Shown: positions 12,572 to 26,740, counted from the first letter of the stretch. The stretch: DNA of 64,000 bases from an uncultured bacterium (GCA_946404285.1 CAMJDC010000001.1:4068-68067); one strand, 5' to 3'. Made by a program: numbers and translations. The notes: generated by a model from the letters alone, not told the origin.

Positions 12572-13843
12572 ATGCTTTGACTCTTATTCTATTGAAGATT
12601 AGAAAAAGAAAAGTGATTTGATCAATTAGTTTTGGCAATCAAAGAATTAAATAAGAAAAAAGTAGATTTTGAAATATTTATATTCTGAAAATGAAGCTTA
12701 GAATCTCAATTATTTGAGGTTCATGATAAAAATGTACACTTTTTTGGTTGGAAACCTCTAGACGAAATTAAGAAATATCTAGCAAATATCGATTATTGTT
12801 TAATGCCTTCAGAATTTTTAGAGACTTTTTGATTATCTGCATTAAACGCATTATCCTGGTGAGTTCCTGTAATAGGATATAAAAAATGATGACTAGAACC
12901 TTTTATATTTCAAGAATGCAATTTATTCTTAGCCAAATGAAATACTACCGCTGAAAGGATTGTTTCAATAGTCGAGAAACTCGCAAAAAAAACAAATCCA
13001 GAGAGGATTAAAGATAAAGAAAAATTAGAATGAAAAATTAAAAAATTACTACCTGAATATACTGAAGATGCTCGATACGAAAGATTTTTGAAATTTGTTG
13101 AACAACCCCTCAGTCCTCAGCAAGCAGAGCAAGCTTCGGACAGCTCCCCTAACAGGGAGCCAAAAGTTACTCCCCTGTGAGGGGGAGATGGCGAAGCCAG
13201 AGGGGGTTGAAAAAAGAAAATACTAATTATTAGTGATTTCATAAATAAAGCGTGAGGAATAGAAACGTACATTCATGATGTAAAAAACCTTTTAGAATCT
13301 CGCTGACATGAGGTGGTTTTACGATGAAGTACTCTACCAACATGATCTAAATGACAACGAAAAAAAAGGTTCTGACTTTTACTTTCTCCTTTTAATTTTT
13401 GGAGTATTGGTAGTTTAAAAGAAGTTTTGGAAGATGAAAATCCTGATATAATTTGGTTTAATTCATTACTACGTTGGCTTTGACCAAATATAGTAAAAGT
13501 TGCTTGAAAACGGAGAAAAAAAGAAAAAGCTGATTGTAAATTTTGGATGATGTATCATGATTTTGGATATTTTTATCCATTTCCATCAGAGCTATACTAT
13601 ATAGAAGATTGTAAAACTCCTCTAACAAAGAAAAACTTTCTATCAGCTTATAAATGAAAAAATCCAATTACTAAATTGGCTGTTTTATGTAAATATTACC
13701 GATTGCAACCATTGAAAAAGGTTCTAAAAAAAGAGATAGACTTGCACCTATCTCCATCTGACTGTATAACTAATATAGCTCGTGATAGTTATAAAATTTC
13801 TGAAAAAAAATGTAAATCTTTTCCCCACTTCATCCAAAAATAG
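12572..13843 (+). CDS. GT4-like glycosyltransferase with inverted (permuted) domain order
   Basis: Donor domain first (FYGRLEKEKG, PSEFLETFGLSALNALSWGVPVI), acceptor domain second (KILIISD..AGGIETY..RGHEV, PDII, YHDF, SPSD); single frame of 423 aa. Confidence 0.88.
13103..13210. repeat. GC-rich composite palindromic element inside the GT CDS
   Basis: Terminal inverted repeat caacccctc/gagggggttg; inner hairpins gctccc-ctaaca-gggagc, ctcccc-tgtgag-ggggag and tggc-gaa-gcca; far more GC-rich than its flanks. Confidence 0.8.
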
Positions 13844-13939
13844 ATTATTTAAACAGTAATTCTCTTGAAAGAATATCCTTTTTATTTACAATAAGCTTCA
13901 GCAAAATTACGAAAAATAATTTATTCACTCAATTAAATT

Positions 13940-15013
13940 ATGCTAGATAAGTTAGAAAGAATTATTTCAAAATATGAATCACTAAGAGAAGAATCATTAT
14001 CTCCGGAAGTTTTTCAAAATCCCGAAAAATCTAAAGCAGTAAACAAAGAGTTATCATCACTTGAAGACACATATAATATTGCAGTTGCCTACAAAAAAGC
14101 TCTAGAAAATCAAAAGAATGCTGAAGAACTTCTAGAAAGTGAAACTGATGAAGAAATGATTGCGATGGCTCAGGAAGAACTAGATAAAGCAAAAGCTGAA
14201 ATTGAAGATTTGGATAAAAAATTGACTATCGCTCTCCTACCAAAAGATCCAAACGATGATAAAGATATTTACCTAGAAATTCGTCCTGCTGCATGATGAG
14301 ACGAGTCAGGATTATTTGGTGCTGAACTTTTGAAAATGTATCTCGCTTTCGCTCAAAAAAAATGATGGAAAACTGAAATAATTGAAGAACAGCTTTCTGA
14401 TATTGGTTGAGTTAAATTTGTGATGGTAAAAATGACTGGTAAAAAAGTATATTCATTGATGAAATTCGAATCATGAGTTCATCGTGTCCAAAGAATTCCT
14501 GAAACTGAATCTCAATGAAGAGTTCATACTTCCACTGTAACAGTTGCCGTTATGCCTGAAGCTGAAGACGTAGACATTCAAATCGACATGAAAGATATAG
14601 TTATGGATACTTATGCTGCATCTAGTAACTGATGACAAAATGCCAACAAAAATCAGACTGGAGTTAGAATTCACCATATTCCATCATGATTGATAGTTAA
14701 TATCTGAGATTCTAAATCACAGATTCAAAATAAGGAAAAAGCTTTCGCCGTTTTAAAATCTAGACTATATCAAATTGAGCTAGACAAAAAACAAGCAGAA
14801 GAAAAAAGTCTGAGATGAAATCAGATTTGAACATGAGATAGATCAGAAAAAATTAGAACTTACAACTTTCCACAAGATCGTGTAACAGACCATAGAATTC
14901 ACGAATCATGGTCAAATTTACCAAGCATTATGGCTTGAAATATTGATGATATTATGGATAAACTAGTATTGGAAAATCAGACTAAACTTTTAGAAGCTAG
15001 TATGAAAGAATAA
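13940..15013 (+). CDS. prfA: Peptide chain release factor 1
   Basis: [35 protein letters not shown] (PxT), GGQ (TGA TGA CAA), [22 protein letters not shown]. Confidence 0.97.
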
Positions 15014-15210
15014 TGGGATTACAAAAAAGAATAAATAAACGATTTATCAAAAAAGCCATTTGAAGTGACTACGTTTATCAAATTGAAGCAGAAGAAAAAT
15101 CCAAATCATGATACTACTATGAAGATGATGAAGAAAAAAAATCAAACAAATTAAAATCTTTTTTTCAAGAATGAGTAAACGAATTAAAAAGAGAAATGAA
15201 AAAAGATTAA
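15013..15210 (+). CDS. Small hypothetical protein (65 aa)
   Basis: ATG overlaps the prfA stop (TAATG); ORF ends just before the terminator. Confidence 0.45.
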
Positions 15211-15236
15211 TATAAAAAATTTTTACATCAAATACC

Positions 15237-15270
15237 AAAAATAGCGGTCGCTTAGGTCGCTATTTTTATT
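15237..15270. terminator. Probable bidirectional intrinsic terminator
   Basis: aaaaatagcg...cgctattttt stem between convergent genes. Confidence 0.7.
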
Positions 15271-15288
15271 TCATATAAGAACAAATAA

Positions 15289-16395
15289 TTATTTTATTAT
15301 AACATAATCAATTGATGAACCTTTCTTATACACTTCTCATGGTTTTAGTGCCTTTTTATCTTTTGTTTCTTTCTCTCAAAAAGTCTCATCAATTAATTCA
15401 AGTTTTAATGTTTCATCTGTATCATTATACAAATAATCCTCATTCCATATATCTATTTCTTCTCAATGCTCATACTGACTAAGAAATAAAGGTTCAAGTA
15501 CATATAAAAGATCCTCTTTCGTTGCCCTTTGATACATTAAATAATGAGTTTCTTCTGATGAATCAAATTTAAACCATCAAGTTTCATTTTCCCTCGAAAG
15601 AAGAATTTTTGGTTCATAATCTGATGATGTTTTTTCATAGATAATAACATCATAATCCAAATCATTATTAAGTCATGGGATTACATCACTTGTCGCATTT
15701 ACTACATATTTATATATTACATTTTCATCTAAATCAGATAAGTTAATCATCTGTTTTACTTTTATTTCCTTCATCGGATATTTCGCTTCAAAATTATACA
15801 ATTTATTCAGTTCTTCTGTACTCAGATGGCCTAAATCTTCTTTAGTCCTTTGATCAACAATACTCCAGTTTATAATCTTTCACTCAGAAAATTCTAAATC
15901 TAAATAAATGTAAGATTTAAAATTATATATTCCATCTATCCAATCGTAATCTTCTATTGATAAAGTTATCATATTTTGCAATGAGTCATCATACGATGCT
16001 TTAAATACATCATCTCATACAACAATTTTATTAGCATTTGCTGGAGTTAGCATATAATTAGCAACTCCATTATGATTTCCGCGTCCATTAAATTTATACA
16101 ATCAATCTTTTTGATCTACACTTATATTAGTCGAACCCATTTGTTCAAGAAAATTAGAAACTCATCTCATAAAGAAAAACACAAAAGCTAATCTAATCAA
16201 AAATAGAACTCCTAATATTCACAAAATTATAAATAATACTTTTTTCAATTTACCTTTCTTTTTTGGTAATGCTCCCTCTACATTCTGGGTACTTTCATTT
16301 AATTCATTCCCCATATAATTTTCACTAACAACGTCATCCAAATTACTAATTTCTACAGAATTCTCTGTATTTAATATTTTATTTTCTTCATCCAT
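15289..16395 (-). CDS. Membrane-anchored hypothetical protein
   Basis: 368-aa ORF with TGA=Gly; acidic N-terminus, KKKGKLKK then a TM helix, soluble C-terminal domain. Confidence 0.75.
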
Positions 16396-16430
16396 ATTTT
16401 TCTCCTTATATAATAAAAAAGATACATTAG

Positions 16431-16476
16431 ATTATATTGCTAACATATAAATTTGTCAAATTTTATAAGACTTTTT
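16431..16476 (-). promoter_or_regulatory. Consensus sigma70 promoter with upstream AAAAAGTC element
   Basis: AAAAAGTC-N9-TTGACA-N17-TATAAT. Confidence 0.75.
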
Positions 16477-16501
16477 CATATATCAAAAAAACGTACATAA
16501 T

Positions 16502-17545
16502 TTATTTCAATATCATAATTTTTCTTCAAACTTTTTGATTTTCTCTTTTATAAAGTTCTTCAACCACTTCTAAATTCCATTTCAATTTTTCACACAGTAA
16601 TGTAATCAAGTCTTGAATTATATTTTCATGCCCGATATAAACCGGAATAGTAAATACCATCACAGGTTTTTTTTCATCATGTTTATCATAAAAATCTGCA
16701 ATAGTTTGGATAAACTGTAAATACAAATTTTTCACCCAACGCTGATACTCATAAACTTGTTCTGCTGTAGTAGATTGTTTAATGATCGGTCAAAGCCATC
16801 CCTCAGTCACTATCAAAGTTTCATGGTCAAGCAATGGAGCGAATAATTTTTCATCCAATGGTTTAGAAATATCTTGGTCAAAAAAATCAAAAATCTGATT
16901 ATGGAAATTTCCATTATTCTTCCACCACTCTTGATTTTTGAGTGCAAATCAAAGTTTGATATCTGAACCTATAAAATCATATCATAAATAATTTGCTATA
17001 ATTCATGTAGTTCCAGTTCCACAAAATGGATCATAGATTAACTTAAATTTCTTGTTTTCAGCATGAGATAATGCGATATTTATCATTGTATGAGTAAGTT
17101 TCGCGGGCATCATTCACATCTGCATACTGCGTCATGGCTTATCAAAATCAGCCAATTCATAAAGTTTAATATTCTGATATCCAAGCACAATTCACCATTC
17201 TGCTCCGATTTTGATTAGTTCAATTCATTTCTTTTTTACATCCATGTCTGTATGTAAAAGTCAGACTTCCTTGTATCTTTTTAATCATAATTGTTTTTTG
17301 AACTTAATTGCTTGATTTTTATCTTCCATTCAAAGAATTTTCTTGTCTCCTACATAATTTTGAATTTCAGAAATTGAGATTATTTTTCATCGTTTTACAA
17401 GTGACGCTAAAGAAGAAATCTGTTCCTCTTTTTTTGTATCAAAAACTATCAAATGCTTTCAGACTTTTTTGATATCTTCTGCATCAATCAATTTTAATTC
17501 TGCTAATGTAATTTCTGGGAAATTCCCTACTACTGCAAAATACAT
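16502..17545 (-). CDS. Trm11-like SAM-dependent RNA methyltransferase
   Basis: DFDKP.R.MQMGMMPAKL, IYDPFCGTGT, GSDI. Confidence 0.8.
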
Positions 17546-17558
17546 CTACAATATACAA

Positions 17559-18698
17559 TTACTCAGATAAAAACTTTCTTTTCCAATCTTCCAAAATACG
17601 TTCAAGATAAACGATATTATGTAATCAAAGTAACGCTCATCAAAGCACTTCTTTTTCACGTAACAAATGGTGAAAATATGCTTTAGTTAAATATTTACAT
17701 GCATAGCAGTCACAATTATTAGTCAAAGGAGAGAAATCTGAAGCATATTTTGCGTTAGTTATTTTGATATTTCATTCATCTGAAAATATAATTCCATGTC
17801 TTCATAATCTAGTCGCACTTACACAATCAAACATATCTATTCACTGCTCTATCGCAAAACGGAAATCTGCAGGAGTTCACACTCACATCAAATATCTAGG
17901 TTTGTCATTTGGTAATTGTGGTGCTGTATACTGAATAACTTCCTCAATTTTTGACCTTTCTTCTCAGACGCTCACTCCCCCAATAGCTATTCCATCTCGT
18001 GCATACTGAAATAAAAATTCAAGTGACTCCTGACGTAAATCTAAATACGTTCATCCCTGAACGATTGGAAACAATACTCCCCTCGTTTCATCATATTTTG
18101 GTCCAAAATGTTCAAAAGCTCTCTTTGCCCAACGATGAGTCATTTGCATTTGACGAGCTGTATGTTTTTTGTCTGCATCTCATGGAGAACACACATCCAG
18201 TACCATCATAATATCAGAGCCAAAATCTGACTGAATATCTACAACTTTTTCTGGGGTGAAAAAATGTTTACTACCATCATGTGGAGAAGAAAATTTTACT
18301 CATTCCTCAGTAAGCTTCATTCTCACGTTGTGTGAAAATCATTTATCATCTTTCTTTCCAAGTCATAGACTAAAAACTTGGAATCATCAGCTATCTGTCA
18401 AAATTAGTCAATCATTCCAATTTTCAAATTTATGTAATCATCCCGCAGCTTTGATTAATTCATTCCCTGGACGTAAATATAGGTGAAAAGTATTTGCAAG
18501 AATCAATTTTATAGGTTCAATGCGGGTTCAAATATAATGAGGATCACGAAGCAAATCAAGGATTATTCATTTTATCGTCGCTTTTGTTCAAACTGGCATA
18601 AAAATAGGAGTCTGAATTTTTACTCCATTTAACTCGATTTCTCCGACTCTTGCATTTCATTTCTGCTTCAAAATTGTGAATTTTAGTTTATTTTTCAT
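17559..18698 (-). CDS. tgt: tRNA-guanine transglycosylase
   Basis: TPIFMPVGT, LANTFHL, LTDSGGFQ, GGVSVGE, RYLMGVG, DMFDCV, CDCYAC, HNI. Confidence 0.96.
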
Positions 18699-18779
18699 CA
18701 AAAAACCCATTATGTAAATAATGGGTTTAGTATAAAGAAATTCTAGGAATAAACAATTAAAAATATAATTATGTTTTAT

Positions 18780-19664
18780 CTAACTCAAAATATTAGTTTC
18801 TTTTAAGTATTTAGGATAAGGATAAAAGGACTCTATCACTCCTCCATATGCCATCTTGTCAATTACTTCATGTCATATCTCATTTTGTGGTAGTGTAAAA
18901 CATCCTTTACTTGCATCTCATGTATGTATATAAATATAACGTTTTAGAATATTATCATTGAACCCAGGTTCTGCTCAACGAAGCAAAAGATTTCTATCTT
19001 TGTGACCTCTTTCTCGATGATAATTTCTAGGATTTCATTCTTTCTCAGATACAGGCACTTGAGCTAGGCCAAGGCTTGACTGCCAAGTTCCCTCTTCATT
19101 AGAGAATGTTTGTATTCAATCTTTTCACTGTCACTGCATACATGTTGTATTTACTTCCACCTTATTAGATTTCATATTAATCAAATATAATCTATTAGCT
19201 TCAGCCCCCATTGAAAAATCAACAACTGCAAGATAATCATTTTTATCTTTACGTGAATTATATCAAAGATTTCCCAAAAGAAATGGTAAAAATTTTGGTT
19301 TTGGTTCATTTAATTCTTTATATCTTTCCCAACATTTCAATACTTCATCCGTTTTAAATTCCAATCTTTTGTTTATTGCATTGAAATCAGCTTCACTTAA
19401 ATATCATTCATAATCAGATTTTATAATATTTTTAATTTCTAAAAAACTCATAGATCTTTTTTCTGATACATCCATATCATTATCACTCGAACTTTCTGTA
19501 GCATCAGTCATTCATCCACGAACGCTATCTCCAACTGGATTATGATATTCTGTACCTAGATGACTTTCTGATTGATCCCCATTTTTAATCTCTCTTTTCA
19601 AATTTAAAAGATTAGATCTTAAGTCCTTTTCATCCAAATTTGTCCCCAAACTTTCTACTGCCAT
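18780..19664 (-). CDS. L,D-transpeptidase-like protein (YkuD_2-type catalytic domain)
   Basis: FSNEEGTWQSSLG, GAEPGFNDN..KRYIYIHG..SKGCF (His...Cys pair). Confidence 0.75.
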
Positions 19665-19702
19665 TTTATTTTCACATAATAGTATAAAATCTACACAATC
19701 AT

Positions 19703-19750
19703 ATTATATACAGAACAACAAAATTTGTCAATTTTCTAGGGACTTTTTTT
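19703..19750 (-). promoter_or_regulatory. Consensus sigma70 promoter with upstream AAAAAAGTC element
   Basis: AAAAAAGTC-N9-TTGACA-N17-TATAAT. Confidence 0.75.
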
Positions 19751-19821
19751 ATAATAAAAAATAAACAACCAAAAAATCTGAATAAATACTAATTCAATAT
19801 CCTATATTTCAAACAAAAAGA

Positions 19822-20571
19822 TTATTCCACTAACAAAAGTAAACACATCACTCCAATTCAAATCACAAAACACAATGCCTGCAATAATGACTGGCTAATT
19901 TTTGGGTGTTTATGTAATTCTGGGATTAAATCCGTTCATGCGATATATATGAATAATCATGCAGAGAAAGGCATCAAGAATGCTGAAATATCTTCCACAT
20001 ATCTCTGCAAAATCAAAGCAATCACTACCCCAAAAAATGCAGTCAATGCTGAAAGAAAATTCAGCTTTAAAGCTCTAGCTTTAGAATATCATCCGTGAAT
20101 CAATACTCAAAAATCTCCAATTTCCTGTGGGATTTCATGCAAAAGAACTGCCAATGCAGTAGCGATTCCAACTGGCATAGAAAGTAAAAAAGCTGAAGCT
20201 ACGACCAGTCCATCTATAAAATTATGCACCATATCTCCGACCAAGTTCATCTGTGCAAATGAATGCTGATGGGTTGCTGTGATAGGTAAATGGCAGTGAT
20301 TCCAGTTGATTATTTTCTCAATTATAAATCCGAGTAAAATTCATCACAAAGTGAATAATGCTATATTCTCATTATATCCATATTGTTCAGCTGTTTCTCA
20401 TAACAAATGCAAAAAAGCATCTCACATCAAAGTTCCAGCAGAAAATGCTATAAAATAAATCAGAATCTTCTTAAGTTTTTCAGTAGAAATTCAGAGTGTA
20501 ACTATTCCTATCAAAGATACACAGCTGATTATTAGCACACTTACAAATGAATAAATTATAGCCGTAGTCAT
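19822..20571 (-). CDS. ZIP family metal transporter
   Basis: [34 protein letters not shown], His-rich loop. Confidence 0.93.
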
Positions 20572-20601
20572 ATTCGTAAAATTTTATAAAAGTATTTGTT
20601 C

Positions 20602-20720
20602 TTGTCATCCTGAACGAAGTGATGGATCTTATGCATTTTATACCTAAGATTCTTCGGCATAGCCTCAGAATGACAAAATCCCCCTGTCGCCGCGCTCCTT
20701 CCCCCTTACCGAAAAGGGAC
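20602..20720. repeat. Intergenic REP-like palindromic elements
   Basis: tgtcatcctga...ggatct / agattc...tcagaatgaca long hairpin, followed by ccccct...tccccctt-accg-aaaaggg. Confidence 0.75.
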
Positions 20721-20797
20721 CAAAATTATTGCAATAATTAAAGATAATCTAATACTGTTAAATATCAAGATATATCTTAAAAAAACACAAATTAATA

Positions 20798-20832
20798 AAA
20801 AGGGAATTCAGTAAACCATGAATTCCCCTTCT
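20798..20832 (-). terminator. Intrinsic terminator
   Basis: aagggaattca-gtaaacca-tgaattcccctt stem with T-tract on the minus strand. Confidence 0.75.
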
Positions 20833-21415
20833 ATACTCAAATCGAATCCTCTTTTTCCACATGAGGTCTCCAATAACTTAGCTTACTCGTTTTCAAACCA
20901 TATTTCTTACCTTCCCTATCGAACATCATACATGTTTCGATTGCGGCAAAGAATCGGCCAAATGCTTCTTCATTCTCCCTATCCAGAAAATCCTTATCAT
21001 AGTTTTCATCGAGGAAAATATCGATATTTGAGATAAGATTTTCCAAATACTCCTTAATCCAATTACATTGCTCATTACATGATTGAGATTTCCACTTTTT
21101 CTCAAAGTTATCTAGAGCATCCTTCGCATAGTTCCTCAAATCTTCAAGAGCATCGACAGAGTAAATGAGTTCATCTCCAAGAGCTAGCTTTTTACGGTGA
21201 TGCTGTTCAACATAACTCCGAATAAGCCAATCACCGAAAAAAAAGATTTTTTTCCTTAAAAGTTCATTCTCCACTTTCAACTCTTTGTTTTGAACTCCGA
21301 GAACAGAGTTGATTTTCTCCACAATATCGTTAGAAAATTCTATTCTATTTCTACCAAGAAGAAAACCAATTACTAAAGCGACGAAGCCTACAATAATAAG
21401 AATAAAAACATTCAT
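20831..21415 (-). CDS. Membrane-anchored hypothetical protein (ends at 20837 if TGA is a stop)
   Basis: GGAGG SD 5 nt before ATG; N-terminal TM; no internal TGA; ends TGA GTA TAG. Confidence 0.75.
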
Positions 21416-21596
21416 ATGCACCTCCAGTTTTAATTTGACATTTTTGTTTTATTATTCATAATATACATATTTAATTACTAAATTTCAATAGAAAAAAATC
21501 AAAATTATAATAATATATCGCCGACAAAAACCATATAAACAAAATGTAATATATCAAAATTAAAGAAAAAGGCATCAGAATTTCTGACCCCTTTAT

Positions 21597-21884
21597 CTAA
21601 AATGGATTTCACTTTTTTGAAAACCTTGAAAGTATTTTCTCCCAAAGTGATTTTTTCCTTTCTTTGAATACCACAAGAGCTTCAGGAACCCCTAAGACAT
21701 TCGTATACCTTGAAACCGCGACAATTTCAAGATTTGGATTTAAGTCAATAAGACTATCCACCCCCCTCTTGATAGCAGAATCTCCCAACAGATCTTTCGG
21801 ATTCGCTGTAAGTACAACAGAATGTCCATAGGAAAGCGCATTTAAAATCCGCTCCCCTTCCAAACCTTCTACATTAATATCCAT
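21597..21884 (-). CDS. Hypothetical protein (ends at 21609 if TGA is a stop)
   Basis: AAGGGAAG 6 nt before ATG; no internal TGA; ends TGA AAT CCA TTT TAG; hairpin at 21567-21594 follows. Confidence 0.7.
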
Positions 21885-21960
21885 AGCCAACTTCCCTTCT
21901 TTTTAAGTTTTATTTAATATACTTATAATACTTATTTAATATAGAATGTCAATAGAATAA

Positions 21961-21990
21961 AAAATGCTAGTATCTTTCAACTAGCATTTT
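21961..21990 (-). terminator. Intrinsic terminator after gyrA
   Basis: aaaatgctag-N10-ctagcatttt. Confidence 0.75.
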
Positions 21991-22004
21991 CATTTATCTA
22001 GGAT

Positions 22005-24644
<2,640 letters not shown>

Positions 24645-24869
24645 AAAATTTTTGATAAGAATAAAAAAATCTGAATCTTCACTACATATTTTATAGAAAA
24701 TCCATCCAAAAATTCAAGCCATCAACTATTGACTTCTAAAAAAATGATTTATAATCTCAAAATTCGATTCAGAATTTTCATAGATTTCGAGAAAAGTGGC
24801 TTTATTCCGTATTTAGAATTTCAAAATATGTTTTTTCAACAATCCATTGTTTTTTAGTCTGAGTTTATT

Positions 24870-25020
24870 ATAGTAGAGATGAAAGTTTTTCACTAATACC
24901 CATTGAGAAGATTTAGAAGTTCTATTGTTGTGATAACATGGAACAAATGTAAATCTAATATGTTGCGATAACACATTAGACCAACGACCTCAAGCATTTA
25001 TCAATGTTTGAGGTTTTTTT
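24870..25020 (+). ncRNA. Candidate structured ncRNA or leader ending in an intrinsic terminator
   Basis: Two hairpins with repeated TGTTG(T/C)GATAACA tips, then an acctcaagcatt/aatgtttgaggt stem and T-tract; no ORF. Confidence 0.4.
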
Positions 25021-25080
25021 ACTTCCTCTTGACTTTTTCAAAAAGACAAATAGACTAATAAAAACATAAACCTTTAACTT

Positions 25081-25359
25081 ATGGAAAAAAAACAAAGACA
25101 TAAAAAAAGCAAAAACAGAACTGATAAAAATGATCTGAGAATCATTGCCAGTTCGTTTCAAACACTTTTAGAGCTAAGTGAAGCTGGAAAAAAAATTCAC
25201 AAAGCAGAAAAAAAAGAAGTTGAAAAAGCCACAATCATCATGAAAAGATTCTGTGATAGTAAGGATATAGAGGAAAAAATGGAGCAAGATAAAAAAATAG
25301 CTACAGTAATCCTACAAATTAAAGTCCTCTTATCCACGCTAAGAAGTTTGTTGAAATAA
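25081..25359 (+). CDS. Basic helical hypothetical protein (92 aa)
   Basis: ORF with TAA stop followed by the terminator ccctctga...tcagaggg (25376-25407). Confidence 0.6.
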   Translation: MEKKQRHKKSKNRTDKNDLRIIASSFQTLLELSEAGKKIHKAEKKEVEKATIIMKRFCDSKDIEEKMEQDKKIATVILQIKVLLSTLRSLLK

Positions 25360-25405
25360 ACAAAGAACCTCTAATCCCTCTGATTGTTTACTTCAGAGGG
25401 CTTTT

Positions 25406-26674
25406 TTATACAGATGGAATAGGAAAATGACTACAACACTCCACTACTTCAGCATGAATTACTTTCAGTTTTTCTTCATCATTTCTATTTTGAATTGCTT
25501 CATGGATAAATCTCGCAATATGTTTCGTATCATCTTCCTTTACTCCCCTTGTCGTCATTGCTTGCATTCAAATTCTAAGTCCAGATGGATTAAATGGTGG
25601 ATTTGGATCATCTGGAATTGTAGATTTAGACGTAGAAATTCAAATCTTATCCAAAACTTTTTCAATATCTCATCATGTAAAACTTTCACCAGAAAAATCC
25701 ATCACTATCATATGATTATCAGTTCATCATGTAACTAGTTTATATCAATATTTTAGCATTTCTTCAGCCAAAGTTTTTGCATTAATTAAAGTCTGATGTA
25801 CATAATTTTTAAATTCAGAAGTCTGAGCTTCTCAAAGTGCAACAGCTATTCATGCGATAGTATTCATATGAGGTCCTCCTTGCATTCCTGGAAAAACTGC
25901 CCTATCTATTCTCGTTGGTAAATTTTCAATCGTATCTTCAGGCTTTTTCAATGGATTAGAAACTATTCATTTGGAAAGAATCAATGCTCCACGCGGTCAG
26001 CGAAGTGATTTATGTGTAGTAGTCATCATCGCATGAAATCCATAATCAAATGGATTTTTCAACTCTCATGCAGCGATAAATCCTCAAATATGAGACAAAT
26101 CTGAATACAAAATCGCTCAGACTTTTTTTCATATTTCAGCAAATTTTGCATAATCAAGCTCTCTTGGATACGCAGAAAATCCTGCAAGAATCACTTTTGG
26201 TTTATATTCAAGTGCTAGCTTTTCCAATTCATCGAAATCTATACTTCAATCGGATTTAGTCTTATAACGCTGAAAATTGAAAACCTTAGAAAAAAACGTA
26301 ACAGGTGCTCAATGAGTAAGGTGTCCCCCATGAGATAAATCCATTCATAATATCGTATCTCCAGGCTCCATTACAGCAGTATAGAAACACAAATTCGCAG
26401 CTGCTCAGGAAAGAGCCTGAACATTTGCATGGTCAGATTTGAATAAACTTTTGGCTCTATCAATTGCGAGTTGTTCAATTTTATCAGTATTTTCCTGTCA
26501 TCAATAATAACGTTTTCATGGAAATCATTCTGCATATTTGTTAGCAAAAACTGACGACTGAGCTTCCAGAACTTGCTTTGATTGATAATTCTCACTAGCA
26601 ATGAGCTCCATTCAGTCCTGCTGTCTTTTTTCTTCCGCAGAAATTGCTTGCTGCACCTGTAAATCTTTTATCAT
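25406..26674 (-). CDS. glyA: Serine hydroxymethyltransferase
   Basis: [52 protein letters not shown]. Confidence 0.97.
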
Positions 26675-26740
26675 AAAAAATATTATACAAATTAAATCTA
26701 ATTTATTTTAATGATTTAATATTAATTATTCAACCAAAAA

